Assembly (NCBI GenBank): GCA_041746255.1
Contig: JBGTHM010000100.1
Span: 1 to 64,000 of the forward strand
Origin: Fibrobacteria bacterium
Lineage (GTDB): Bacteria; Fibrobacterota; Fibrobacteria; UBA11236
Length of the DNA: 64,000 nt
Reading direction: 5' to 3'
Positions 28,744 through 38,965 of this stretch are shown here, piece after piece. The first letter of the stretch is position 1. Each line of letters starts with the position of its first letter. Under the pieces are notes generated by a model that saw only the letters and a list, made by a program, of their open reading frames with translations, did no database searches and had not been told where the DNA came from. The position numbers and the translations under genes are program-made.

Positions 28744-29828
28744 ATCAGCATGGCGTCGCCGTAGCTGAAAAGCCGGAATCCCTTTCGGAAGGCCTTTTGA
28801 TACAAGGCCTGCGCCCGCTCCACACCCAACAAACTGCATACCAGAATGAAAAGTGAGGACCTGGGCCAATGAAAATTGGTGAGCAGGCCGTCGACGCCTC
28901 GCCAGACATGCCCGGAGCGGATGTAGATGGAAGTCTCTCCCCCACCGGCGCGAAACCGGGCGTCTCCCTCGCGAACCACACAGGATTCCAAAACCCGCGC
29001 CGCCGTGGTCCCCACGGCGATGATGCGCCCGCCATCGGAACGGACCCGGTTTAAAACCGCGGCAGACTCGTTGGACAGGTGATAGCGCTCGGAATGCATG
29101 ACATGGTCGGCGATATTTTCGCTTTGCACCGGCCTGAAGGTTCCCGCGCCGACATGCAAAGTAACCCGGACGATATGGACTCCCCTTTCCTCCGCGCGGG
29201 CAAGCATTTCTTCGCTCCAATGCAAACCCGCCGTGGGCGCGGCTACCGAACCGGGAGTGCGCGCGAAAACGCATTGGTAATCCCTCACGTCTTCGTCTCT
29301 GGGTTCCCGTCGGATATACGGCGGCAGCGGTACCTTTCCCAAGCGTTCCAGCACTGCGAAAGCATCCTCTCCACCCCAATCGAATTCCAAAATACGGGTT
29401 CCATCTTCGCGGGTCGCCACCACCCGTGCCGACACCCTGGTCTTAACCGTCGCTTCACCCCTGCCTCCCGGTTCCGTTTTTTCCCCGGCCTCGGGAAAAT
29501 GGATTTCTACGCCCTCACGGCAACGTTTCCCCGGCTTGACCATGGCTTGCCAGAGCGTATCGCCGGGAGGATCCGCTTGCAGGAGCAGTACCTCCACCTT
29601 GCCTCCGGAAGGGAAACGCCCCAACAGGCGCGCCGGTATCACGCGGGAATCGTTTAGCACCAAGGCATCGCCTCGCTGTAAAAATTCCGGTAAATCGCGA
29701 GTGTGCGCGGACCAGTGTTCTTCTGGGTCCGAGAGGGAAAGCGCCAGCAGCCGCGCCTCTCCGCGTGGACGGGGCGCCAGGGCGATAAGTTCAGGGGGAA
29801 ATTCGAAATCGAAATCGTTGAGTTTCAC
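28734..29828 (-). CDS. queA: S-adenosylmethionine:tRNA ribosyltransferase-isomerase
   Basis: FDFEFPPELIA, PLPPYI, GSVAAPTAGLH, LHVGAGTF, AVGTT, TNFH, FSYGDAM. Confidence 0.97.
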   Translation of the reverse strand: MKLNDFDFEFPPELIALAPRPRGEARLLALSLSDPEEHWSAHTRDLPEFLQRGDALVLNDSRVIPARLLGRFPSGGKVEVLLLQADPPGDTLWQAMVKPGKRCREGVEIHFPEAGEKTEPGGRGEATVKTRVSARVVATREDGTRILEFDWGGEDAFAVLERLGKVPLPPYIRREPRDEDVRDYQCVFARTPGSVAAPTAGLHWSEEMLARAEERGVHIVRVTLHVGAGTFRPVQSENIADHVMHSERYHLSNESAAVLNRVRSDGGRIIAVGTTAARVLESCVVREGDARFRAGGGETSIYIRSGHVWRGVDGLLTNFHWPRSSLFILVCSLLGVERAQALYQKAFRKGFRLFSYGDAMLIQP

Positions 29829-29838
29829 GAAGGCTAAA

Positions 29839-31365
29839 TTACATTCCCTCCGAAGGCTTCCCAATTTTTGCCGGGGGCTTCAGCGGAACCGGTGCCACCG
29901 GCGCCACCGGGGTCGAAGAGGCTTCCAGTCGCTTCACTGCTTCACGTGCCGCTAAAACTACGGCTGCATCCTCATCGGTTGTGAGTTCCCCGGCTTTTTC
30001 CCGCGCTCCCGGACCACCCACTCTCCCCAAGGCATTCACGGCTTCCCGCCGGATACGCGGATTTTCGTCGTGCATGGCCGAATGGATGGTGGGGGAAAAC
30101 CGGATATTCCCGCTTTGTCCCATTATCAGAAAAGCCCGCAAACGCAGTGGCTCGGGCTCCCGCTTATCCAGAGCCAGGTTGGCCAAGGCATCCGTTAACG
30201 CATCCCCGCCATCGATTATCGATTGTGTCAGAGCCCGTACCTCCAAAGGATTGAAAGCCGTTTCTGAATTGATTTTCGTTTCGATCAACGCCAGGATAGT
30301 GCGGACACTATCGAGTAGCTGCGTTTTGGAACGGCCTCCGGGTACACCTCGAGCCGAGAGGCTGTCTACGGCCAAACGCAGCATGGCGAGGGAGTCTTGC
30401 AGCACTTTCCGGTTTTGATTGAGCGCCGAATATTCCCCCTCAAGCGAAGCCACGCGGTCATAAATGGTCATTTGGCTTAACTTGGGAATGCGGCCGTTGA
30501 GATGGACCACAAAGCGGACACCGGGAGAATTATATCCCGTTTTGGCCTCGCGCGAGGGAGCCGTGAAAAGACCCCAGCGACCGTCCTGCCGAATCCAGGA
30601 TTGCAGTTCCGTAAGGTTGAGTGCGATAGCCAAACTTTTACCGAATCTCCATTCGAACCCCACCGCCTGATGGAAATCCGCGAATCTTTCGAAAACCTCA
30701 TACGTCACGAAAGCGCCGGCGCCCAAGCCATGCTCCATCGCTCCGTTTATGCCCGCCAGGCTTTTGTTGGCGTGGTTCCACACGGAAAGTCCCAAGTGGA
30801 GACGCGTGGCGCCGGCGAGGTGTTTACCCAGGGTGAAATAGGTTTCCCCCCGCAATCTGCGCAATTGGCCGGCGTCTTCCAAGCCGTAAAGGCGGCCCTC
30901 CTGGCTGTTGAAAAGATTGCGCGCGCCCACCACAATTGACGGCCAATAAACGTCCTCGTGTAGCAGCAAAGCTTTGAAGGACAGGGAAAACCGATCACCG
31001 TACTGAAATCCGATTTCGGCGCGGTTTTCAATCCCGAAAAGCAATTCGGAGGAATAGGGCAAATGCCATTGCGAGGTGGTGTCTGCTTGGCCGCTGTCGT
31101 CCCGGTCGATTATCTCCGTATTAAAATATTGCATGCGGGCGGCCAATTGCACCTGGCCATGTGAAAGGATTTCCGAGGCGGGAATCGCAAAAGTTCCCGT
31201 CATCGATTGTACGGGTGCGATGGTAATCGAGGGCCGGGCCAGCGGCGAGGCGCAAGGAATCAAAGCGCAAAACGTGCCTACCGCCATCCCCAAACGGAAG
31301 GCCAACCGGAGCGTTGGGACGCTCTTCCTTATTCCATTGCTCTCATTCCGACGACGTAGGCGCAT
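29839..31365 (-). CDS. Secreted protein: YjbH-like beta-barrel, coiled coil, HEAT repeats
   Basis: Signal-like segment; TGTFAIPA and K...E...PSIVVG patterns with alternating beta strands; C-terminal DENPRIRREAVNALG HEAT repeats; start uncertain. Confidence 0.65.
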   Translation of the reverse strand: MRLRRRNESNGIRKSVPTLRLAFRLGMAVGTFCALIPCASPLARPSITIAPVQSMTGTFAIPASEILSHGQVQLAARMQYFNTEIIDRDDSGQADTTSQWHLPYSSELLFGIENRAEIGFQYGDRFSLSFKALLLHEDVYWPSIVVGARNLFNSQEGRLYGLEDAGQLRRLRGETYFTLGKHLAGATRLHLGLSVWNHANKSLAGINGAMEHGLGAGAFVTYEVFERFADFHQAVGFEWRFGKSLAIALNLTELQSWIRQDGRWGLFTAPSREAKTGYNSPGVRFVVHLNGRIPKLSQMTIYDRVASLEGEYSALNQNRKVLQDSLAMLRLAVDSLSARGVPGGRSKTQLLDSVRTILALIETKINSETAFNPLEVRALTQSIIDGGDALTDALANLALDKREPEPLRLRAFLIMGQSGNIRFSPTIHSAMHDENPRIRREAVNALGRVGGPGAREKAGELTTDEDAAVVLAAREAVKRLEASSTPVAPVAPVPLKPPAKIGKPSEGM

Positions 31366-32086
31366 GCAACTGGTGGATTTCGGATTCTTCGAGTAAACGA
31401 TACCGCCCCTCCGGTAATCCCTGTAAACGGATTCCCGCAAATTCGATCCGTTGTAAGTCTACAACCCTACGGCCCATCGCTTCCAGCATTCTGCGTATTT
31501 CCCGTTTTTTTCCTTCCCGAAGCCAGACATCCAGCTGCGCCCCCTCCGCCGAAATCCGGGAGGGTCGGGCCATTTCATCGGGCCCTATCAAAACCCCTTG
31601 GGAGAGCTTCTCCAACTCTTCGGGAGAAAGACTTTTATCGATGCGAACCCGGTAATGCTTCTCGCGGCCGTAGCGCGGATGCAGGAGGCGATTGGTCAGT
31701 TCCCCTTCATCGGTCAGCAGCAGTACGCCGCGACTACCGAAATCAAGACGCCCCACATAGTGCAATGACGCGAAATCGTCCGGCAGCAACTCATAGATAA
31801 GCGGCCTTCCCCAGGGGTCTTGTTTGGAGCAAAGATAGCCCGCGGGTTTATTGAGAAGCACATATTTATGGCTGCCCGGGGGCTCAGCGGGGCGCCCATC
31901 CACCGTTACCTTGTCGCCGGGCACCACGCGTCGGCCTAAATCGGTGATGATTTCCCCGTTCAGGGCCACCCGTCCGGCATTCACCAGCACCTCCACCGAG
32001 CGGCGGCTTCCGAAGCCGGAATGGGCCAGATAACGATTGAGGCGCATGCCGTGCTTTTCCGGTGTAGGTTCCAAAGGGGTCGGCAT
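31343..32086 (-). CDS. rluB: rRNA pseudouridine synthase (RsuA/RluB family)
   Basis: S4 domain MRLNRYLAHSGFGSRR, LNKPAG, catalytic GRLD, LLLTDEG, EGKKREIRRM. Confidence 0.88.
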   Translation of the reverse strand: MPTPLEPTPEKHGMRLNRYLAHSGFGSRRSVEVLVNAGRVALNGEIITDLGRRVVPGDKVTVDGRPAEPPGSHKYVLLNKPAGYLCSKQDPWGRPLIYELLPDDFASLHYVGRLDFGSRGVLLLTDEGELTNRLLHPRYGREKHYRVRIDKSLSPEELEKLSQGVLIGPDEMARPSRISAEGAQLDVWLREGKKREIRRMLEAMGRRVVDLQRIEFAGIRLQGLPEGRYRLLEESEIHQLHAPTSSE

Positions 32087-32403
32087 CAATTTTTCATTCC
32101 TAGGCGTGAGCCCATAAGTTTGCGCATTTCTTCGGGCTTGAGTAAAAATTCGCGTGCGATTTGAATGGCGACCTCGACTTCGGCGGGACCATATTTCCGG
32201 GACCACTCCGAAACCAGCGCGCCGGTTTCCGATCCCACTGGGCGGCCTGTGCGGATTTCCTCCGCCATTCCCAAAGCCAATCGCATGCCCAGACCGACCC
32301 GGATTTTTTCCACGTCCTCGGTTTTCGCCAACAGCCCATCGATGCGGCTGATAGTCGCGGTTATTTCTTCGGGTTGAAAAGGAGTTTGTGATGCGTCTTC
32401 CAT
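32086..32403 (-). CDS. Hypothetical helical protein (105 aa)
   Basis: One-base stop/start overlaps with both neighbours; GGAGG RBS. Confidence 0.75.
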   Translation of the reverse strand: MEDASQTPFQPEEITATISRIDGLLAKTEDVEKIRVGLGMRLALGMAEEIRTGRPVGSETGALVSEWSRKYGPAEVEVAIQIAREFLLKPEEMRKLMGSRLGMKN

Positions 32404-34994
32404 CAGGCCTCCTTTATCGCCGGCTTGCGAACGCCTTCGGAGTAATCCAATTTGCTGATGCGTTCGGCGCGCAGGGATTCCGGCTCCACCGACAGCAATG
32501 CGGCAAAGGCCGCGTAGGGGCTTAGCGTGGATCCGCTCTCTCCCGTTCTTAATTTCAAAATGAGACCCTCGTGTTCCAAACGCATTTCCAAAATTTCTTC
32601 TTTGACATCGGTTTGCTTGTCCCGATGCTCCACCACTAAATCAAGCGCACCCGCCTCGAAGTCGGCGACCACTTTTTGCAGGTCTGCATAAATCCGGTCT
32701 CCCATATCCAGGCGATAGGAAACCGCTTCGATTCGCGGCATGCGACCGGTGCGTGCCCTCGTCAAAGACAGGGCTTCCATGCCTTCGGGCAGCATCGGCG
32801 ATAACAAATCACAGAGCTGCCACGAATCCCCTTGCAATTCCTGGGCGAATTCTACCACCAGCAATTCGCGCTCCGTTTGCAAACCCAGGGGAAGCGCTCC
32901 GGTATTCTTGAGTATGGCGCGCGGATTGAATCCCGACGAATAGTTGAGGGGGAATTTAAGGCGACGGAAAGCCCGCTCGAAAATATCCAGCGTATTTTGA
33001 TGCGCGATGAATCGCGACAGGCCGGTCTTACGATAGACCAAATGGTAGGCATGCGGAGAGGTTTCGCGACGGCGGCGCGCGGCCAGTTCTTTCACCTCTT
33101 CCGGCGTGCGGTTGGGCGCCTGGTATTTGACGGGAGCGGCGGCCAGCTTGGTATCTTCTCCAATGCCGGGTATGCCGCATTTTTGGCAATCGCCCCACTT
33201 GCAATCCGGAACCGGCTCCGACTCCTTGAACATCTTGCCGTATTCCAGCTTGAGAAAACCCTTGTTCGCACCCGCGTGGATGAAATCCCAGGGAAATACT
33301 TCGGTCAATTCCCGCTGCCGGAAAATACGCTCCTGCGGATAGCCGGCCTCTTGCCACAAGGCTTCCCACCCCGCGTAACTGAAATGCTCCGAAAACGATT
33401 CGAATACCATTCCGCGCTTATATGCTTTATAAATCAAGGCCGCCAAGGAGCGGTCTCCGCGCGAATAAAAAGCTTCGACATGGGAAATCCCGTAATCCGC
33501 CCAGGTAATTCTCACGTTACGGTCTCCGCGAAAGGCCTCGCACACGAAACGGATATGCTCCATGGCCGTGTCCTTGTCCATGAAAGGCACCCATTGCATG
33601 GGCGTGAAGGGCTTGGGCACCATGATGCCGATGCTGGCATGGACGGTATTGCGCTTGCCGTACTTCATGGCGATATCCCTGAGGTTGGCGATCAGGCCGC
33701 AAAAGGCGCGCATGTCGTCGAGATTCTCGGTAGGTAGGCCCACCATGGTATAGAGCTTGACGTTATGGAACCCGCTGGCGAATACGCTCTCGGCGGCGTC
33801 GTACATGTCTTTGTCGCTGATGGTTTTGTTGATGAGCTTGCGCAGTCTTTCCGACCCGGTTTCGGGAGCGAAGGTCGAACTCTTGCCGCCCGCCAGGGCA
33901 GCGACTTTACGCGCCAACCCCTGCCCGAAACTATTGGCCCGCAGCGAGGGCAGCGAAAGGTTGAGACCTTCGAAGCTCTCGTCGTCGATGAGGGCGTCCA
34001 CCACGTTTTCCACCTGTCCGTAATCCGCCGTCGAAAGTGAAAGCAGGCCCAGCTCCCTTTCACCCGTGGCTTGCAAGCCTTCCCGGGCCAAATCGATGAC
34101 GTCGTCGGGATGCAATTCGCGATTGGGGCGATACCAATATCCGGCTTGGCAGAAACGGCAACCCTGCGTGCAACCGCGCATCACCTCCACGGAATAACGA
34201 TCATGCACCAGCTTCATATGCGGCACCAGGTTCTTGACGGGATAATCGTCGCGATTTAAAACCTCGACCCAGGTACGTTGAATACTTTTCGCACGCAGAT
34301 AAGGCCCTTGCGAACCGTCGACGACGGGAACGGTTTCACCGCCCGGACTCTGGGTTACCGACAATAAGGTGGGCACATAAACGCCCTTGAGCGTCGAAAG
34401 TTCCAGGAGAATCTCTGCTTTGGATTTATGCTCGCGGCGTCCTTTACCGATGGCCCTTAAAATGGCGGGCGCCAGGATTTCACCGTCGCCGATTACGAAG
34501 AGATCGAAAAAATCGGCCACCGGCTCGGGGTTGGCCATGCAGGGTCCGCCGCCGATTACCAAAGGCTCCCCATCCGTGCGATCACGGGCGAAAGCCTGCA
34601 TTCCACCCAATTCCAAGAGAAAGGGAACGTTGGTATAATTCAATTCCGTTTGCAACGAAATTCCCACCGCCTCGAAGTCCTTAAGGGGCCGGTACGATTC
34701 CAGGGAGTAAAGCGGGATACCTTCCCGGCGCAGCAGTTCCGCCATGTCCGGCATGGGAGCGAAAGCGCGTTCAGCGCACAGGTCGGGTTGTTTATTGAGA
34801 ATATGGTAAAGCACCTTGGTCCCGTTATGCGACATGCCCAATTCATAGGCGTCCGGGAACAGGAGCAACATCGAGGCATCCACCGAGGAGGGGTCTTTGA
34901 CGACCTGATTACTCTCCCCACCGATATACCTTCCGGGATTGCGCACGAGGTGCAGGATTTTTTCCAAACGTTCTTTAATCTGCTCGTTGCGCAT
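32403..34994 (-). CDS. Radical SAM protein (TIGR03960-type) fused to TIGR03936-type C-terminal domain
   Basis: PGRYIGGE, FPDAYELGMS, RGCTQGCRFC, FAPETG, PKPFTPMQW; C-terminal KTGLSRFIAH...YSSGFNP...ALPLG. Confidence 0.88.
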   Translation of the reverse strand: MRNEQIKERLEKILHLVRNPGRYIGGESNQVVKDPSSVDASMLLLFPDAYELGMSHNGTKVLYHILNKQPDLCAERAFAPMPDMAELLRREGIPLYSLESYRPLKDFEAVGISLQTELNYTNVPFLLELGGMQAFARDRTDGEPLVIGGGPCMANPEPVADFFDLFVIGDGEILAPAILRAIGKGRREHKSKAEILLELSTLKGVYVPTLLSVTQSPGGETVPVVDGSQGPYLRAKSIQRTWVEVLNRDDYPVKNLVPHMKLVHDRYSVEVMRGCTQGCRFCQAGYWYRPNRELHPDDVIDLAREGLQATGERELGLLSLSTADYGQVENVVDALIDDESFEGLNLSLPSLRANSFGQGLARKVAALAGGKSSTFAPETGSERLRKLINKTISDKDMYDAAESVFASGFHNVKLYTMVGLPTENLDDMRAFCGLIANLRDIAMKYGKRNTVHASIGIMVPKPFTPMQWVPFMDKDTAMEHIRFVCEAFRGDRNVRITWADYGISHVEAFYSRGDRSLAALIYKAYKRGMVFESFSEHFSYAGWEALWQEAGYPQERIFRQRELTEVFPWDFIHAGANKGFLKLEYGKMFKESEPVPDCKWGDCQKCGIPGIGEDTKLAAAPVKYQAPNRTPEEVKELAARRRRETSPHAYHLVYRKTGLSRFIAHQNTLDIFERAFRRLKFPLNYSSGFNPRAILKNTGALPLGLQTERELLVVEFAQELQGDSWQLCDLLSPMLPEGMEALSLTRARTGRMPRIEAVSYRLDMGDRIYADLQKVVADFEAGALDLVVEHRDKQTDVKEEILEMRLEHEGLILKLRTGESGSTLSPYAAFAALLSVEPESLRAERISKLDYSEGVRKPAIKEA

Positions 34995-35106
34995 CCACTT
35001 CGCCTCTTATTTTCCGGATTGTCCAAGCCTACTGGGCCGGCTCGACACAAAAGCTAATATACAGGCATGCAATCCGCGAAATCCAATTTTGCTACTATTG
35101 AGCTTG

Positions 35107-35310
35107 ATGGTCAAAAAACCAAATAAAACTCTGCTCCTGGACCGCGAGACCTGTATTTCATGCGCCGGATGCGTAGGAACCTGCCCGGATTTCGCTCTCG
35201 ACATGTTCGGCGTGGACTTACAGGTATTCCAGGATAAATGCACTTATTGCACCATTTGCGTGCGGTTCTGCCCCGTAGGAGCCCTTTCGATTGAAAAATC
35301 GAAAATATGA
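35107..35310 (+). CDS. 2x[4Fe-4S] ferredoxin
   Basis: CISCAGCVGTCP and CTYCTICVRFCP. Confidence 0.92.
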   Translation: MVKKPNKTLLLDRETCISCAGCVGTCPDFALDMFGVDLQVFQDKCTYCTICVRFCPVGALSIEKSKI

Positions 35311-36490
35311 CGTTATCGTAATCGGTGCGGGACCGGCCGGAAGCCTTTGCGCGCGTAATCTCGCCGCTCAAGGCTATTCCGTGCTCTTGGCCGAAAAACG
35401 ACCCGTGGTCGGCGCACCCGTTCGGTGTGGAGAAGCCACGGGGCGGCGCTCCCGGCTGGCGCAATTCGTCCCCATCAACGAAGACTACATCGAAACCGAT
35501 TTGGAAGGCGTAATTCTTCATGGCCCGGGCGGCGTCACGGTTCGGCATGACCAGAACGACGTCGGGCTCATGCTCGATAGAAAACTTTTCGACCAGGACC
35601 TCGCACGCCAGGCGCAAGCCGCCGGAGCGGAGTTGAGTCTGGAAACGCGCATTACCGACGTAAAACCCGTGGTAGGCAGTACCCGTAGGGTCACGGCTAT
35701 CGTGCGGGAAACCGAAAGCGTGGAATTGGAGGCTTCGCTGGTGGTGGGAGCCGATGGAGCCGAAGCCCTGACCGGCCGTTGGGTGGGACTCAAATCCCGG
35801 CAACTGCCTCCCCATGTCTGTTCCGCCATCGAGTTCCGGGTCAAGGCCGAAGATGCCCATCCCCGCCATCTCACTTTCTGGCATGGGCATGATGACATCA
35901 ACAAAGGATATGTCTGGGTATTCCCCAAAGAAAAATCCGGGGTGGTAAACCTGGGTGCGGGAATTCTTACGCCAAAATTGGGCGCCAAAAACATGTACGA
36001 CTTGACCATGGAGTATAAACAGAAACTCTATCCCGAAGCGATTATCGAGGAAGTTCACGGCGGCGCCGTACCCGTCAGCGGCAGCCTTGCCGAATATGTG
36101 GCAGACCGGTTTTTACTGGTGGGCGACGCCGCGCACCATACCAATCCCCTCACCGGCGGCGGCATCATGGCGGGCATCGTCTCCGCCGATATCGCTTCCA
36201 CATGGATAGACAAGGCTTTTAAAGCAGGCCGTTTCGACGCCGGCTACCTTACGCAATACCGCCTGGATTGCTGGAAGCAATTCGCGGGCAATCACGAAAA
36301 ACAATTGCGTATCCGGAATTTCATGATGGGGCTCGATAGAAAAGCGCAAGTAGGCTTTTACTCCGCTTTCAAGGGAATGGTAGACGGGAAGCTCTCTAAA
36401 AGGGCTAAAGCCATGGGGTATGCGAAACTGCTCCTGCTCGCAATCCGGAATTGGGGAGTCACCCGGAAAGCCTTTTTTCCTCCGAAGTGA
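35291..36490 (+). CDS. Geranylgeranyl reductase family FAD-dependent oxidoreductase
   Basis: IGAGPAG, PVRCGE, DRKLFD, GADG, GYVWVFPK, VGDAA, PLTGGGI. Confidence 0.9.
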   Translation: MKNRKYDVIVIGAGPAGSLCARNLAAQGYSVLLAEKRPVVGAPVRCGEATGRRSRLAQFVPINEDYIETDLEGVILHGPGGVTVRHDQNDVGLMLDRKLFDQDLARQAQAAGAELSLETRITDVKPVVGSTRRVTAIVRETESVELEASLVVGADGAEALTGRWVGLKSRQLPPHVCSAIEFRVKAEDAHPRHLTFWHGHDDINKGYVWVFPKEKSGVVNLGAGILTPKLGAKNMYDLTMEYKQKLYPEAIIEEVHGGAVPVSGSLAEYVADRFLLVGDAAHHTNPLTGGGIMAGIVSADIASTWIDKAFKAGRFDAGYLTQYRLDCWKQFAGNHEKQLRIRNFMMGLDRKAQVGFYSAFKGMVDGKLSKRAKAMGYAKLLLLAIRNWGVTRKAFFPPK

Positions 36491-37538
36491 CGCGAACGAA
36501 TTCCGGCGGCAAAAAATTTCTTAACGCGTGAAAAGGCGTGACGAAGTCAGGGTGTACGCGCAGCGTTTCACATGCTCCCGAATCCCGATGGCAAATCACT
36601 TCACAGCCTGCGCGTATACCTTCGACAATAACCCGCCCGAAGGGCTCGGGTTCACGCGTACAGTGCAGCAGCAAATCCGTTCCCGCCAACAACTCGGCCA
36701 CTGAGGGGGAGGAGCCGCGGTCGTCTACCGCTCCCCAGAACCGGACACGCCCCTCCAAATTCAAATTCTTTGCCAGCCGATAAACGGATTCCCGATACTG
36801 CGCATACACTTTCTGAGGATAAATGACATCGCCTACCAGCCAGAAGTCGGCGTCGATTCCCGCGTCGATAGCTTTTCGCGCCGTCAGCAAAAAAAGATCC
36901 TGGCCTTTATACGGAGCGAAAAAGGCCACATGGGTCATGACCAGGCGGCCCTTCCCTCGTGTAGCCGGAGACGGGGTGAATTTTACTCGCGGATAAACGA
37001 CTTCCGCGCGGGAATAGTCTCTTCCCACCGCATGGCTATTCACTCGTATGCGACATCCGCAAACGCGCGCCACCGCGCTTATCATCTTTCGCAGCCACAG
37101 CGGTTGTATGAAATCGCGGATGTCGAAGATTAACCTTTCACGCAGCGCCGGCGCTAAAACGAGGAGTTGCACGTGGCTGCGCAAACCATGGGAAAGAATG
37201 CGATCCCGGCCCCGACATCGCAGCGCCAAGCGAACCACGCCGACCATCCCGAACAGCATAGCCGCGGGAACGAAGAGAGCCAGGGAGAAAAAGCTTTTTC
37301 CGGAATCCCGCTGGGAAATCCGATCGAACACAGGGTTACGGGAAAGGAAGGAATAACTCCAACCCTTCTCACTGACAGCTTGGGAGAGTTTGCCCCGTGA
37401 AGGAATCAGAAAGTGTAGAGAAGGGTCGGAAGCCCGGTTTTCCAGATCTTCCAGAAGGCTCAATTCGCCGCCACCCAAATGCGGTTGCGAACATACGACC
37501 AGGGTTCCCGATGCGCGGGAAAACCGCGCATGCTTCAA
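36459..37538 (-). CDS. Glycosyltransferase family 4 (divergent, short C-terminus)
   Basis: GGGE, YKGQDLF, EPFGRVIVEG; TTG start overlapping the upstream stop. Confidence 0.82.
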   Translation of the reverse strand: MKHARFSRASGTLVVCSQPHLGGGELSLLEDLENRASDPSLHFLIPSRGKLSQAVSEKGWSYSFLSRNPVFDRISQRDSGKSFFSLALFVPAAMLFGMVGVVRLALRCRGRDRILSHGLRSHVQLLVLAPALRERLIFDIRDFIQPLWLRKMISAVARVCGCRIRVNSHAVGRDYSRAEVVYPRVKFTPSPATRGKGRLVMTHVAFFAPYKGQDLFLLTARKAIDAGIDADFWLVGDVIYPQKVYAQYRESVYRLAKNLNLEGRVRFWGAVDDRGSSPSVAELLAGTDLLLHCTREPEPFGRVIVEGIRAGCEVICHRDSGACETLRVHPDFVTPFHALRNFLPPEFVRVTSEEKRLSG

Positions 37539-38749
37539 TGCAGTCCGGCCTTGAGAATATCCCGGCCTGTTTTCGCGTTGACCCCTATCTGCCAGGTATG
37601 GTTGATGCGAAGGAGCCATTTTTTCTCTTCTTCATCCATAAGATCCGGGTTGCTGTCGACGTACATATCCTCCAGCTTCCGCATGATGTCCCTGCCGAGT
37701 GAAGTCGTTCCCAACATCATATACAGCACGATGCAGAAATAATATGTCTTCACCAAAAACGGTCGCTCCAGGCTTTTGTCCTTTAATTGGTTTTCACAGC
37801 TCATCAGTGCTTGCCGGTAGAATTTCTCTCCCCGGGGGCTGTGCAGGGCTGCCAATACGGTGCTATACTGGGCGGCCTGGACATAGGATCCGGCCTTACC
37901 GGCCAGCACCAAACCATTGCAGCACTTCTCCGCCAGTAACAGGGAGCTGATGACGTTATCCTTGTTCCTGTCCGGTATGCTGAAACGCAAATCCAGGTCG
38001 ATGGCTTCGGGCACCATCTTTTTCCGATGGCTGAGCGATCGAGCCATGATTTTCTTGGAGTCTTCGCTGTAGGGATAGGGCTTTCCCGCGCTATCGGCGA
38101 AATCCTCCGGCGCCCCGGAGGCGAAAAAACAATAGGGACAGACCGTCACCCAGGTTTTGAGTAAATCCCACTCCCTGAATCCCGCATGGCTGGTGAATAC
38201 CGGATAGGGGCCTGCGCTCCAATCTTCGGAAAAGGCTCCGGGAATGGGGGTGAATTGGGTAACCTTGTCGTAACTGCATATGTAACAGTGGCGGTTGACG
38301 GAACGGAATGGCAATTTCAATCCGGATTCCTTATCCACCCACTCCCTGCCCGCAATATCCACCTTACCCTGTTGAACGCACCGGGCCACCGCCTCTAAAA
38401 GCCTGGGATAATCGATTGGTTTGGAAAAAACGGCGTCCACCTCCAAACCAAGCACTTCCCGTTTGACTTCCTCCGAAGGCCTGGCGGATACCACAATTAC
38501 AGGTGTCATGTCGCCTCGAGACCTCAAATAGCGCAGGACCTCGATGCCATCCACTTTAGGCATTATCAAATCGAGTACGACACAGGCGAATTTTCCGGAG
38601 CCAAGCAAGGCCTTGGCCGCTTCCCCGTCGGAAACCACCTGAACCTCGTATTGGGAAGCAAGCTTCTGCGCCATGACCTTGGCCAGAATTAGCGAATCTT
38701 CCGCTAAAAGTATGCGTGTTTTAGAAATTGAACTGGAAATGGAAGCCAT
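37535..38749 (-). CDS. Response regulator with DUF2225-like Zn-binding/TPR output domain
   Basis: ILLAEDS, LDLIMP, VVSA, SKP receiver; CYIC...VTVCPYCFFA followed by helical repeats. Confidence 0.8.
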   Translation of the reverse strand: MASISSSISKTRILLAEDSLILAKVMAQKLASQYEVQVVSDGEAAKALLGSGKFACVVLDLIMPKVDGIEVLRYLRSRGDMTPVIVVSARPSEEVKREVLGLEVDAVFSKPIDYPRLLEAVARCVQQGKVDIAGREWVDKESGLKLPFRSVNRHCYICSYDKVTQFTPIPGAFSEDWSAGPYPVFTSHAGFREWDLLKTWVTVCPYCFFASGAPEDFADSAGKPYPYSEDSKKIMARSLSHRKKMVPEAIDLDLRFSIPDRNKDNVISSLLLAEKCCNGLVLAGKAGSYVQAAQYSTVLAALHSPRGEKFYRQALMSCENQLKDKSLERPFLVKTYYFCIVLYMMLGTTSLGRDIMRKLEDMYVDSNPDLMDEEEKKWLLRINHTWQIGVNAKTGRDILKAGLH

Positions 38750-38965
38750 GTATCCCCGGATCCGCAGTCAAGACGATGCCACCTACGCGTACCAGGTATT
38801 ATATTCCATGGTGGGTCCCGATTTCCAGGATCACCTTGGTTTGTTTTTCGAAAACATTTTTCGGGGATGTTCGAGAAAAGTCGATTTTCGCTTCTTAATA
38901 ATGGGATGATTGGCCCTATATCGGATGGAAGGTTCCCTTACCAAGAAAAGTGGGGTCCGGTGAAA

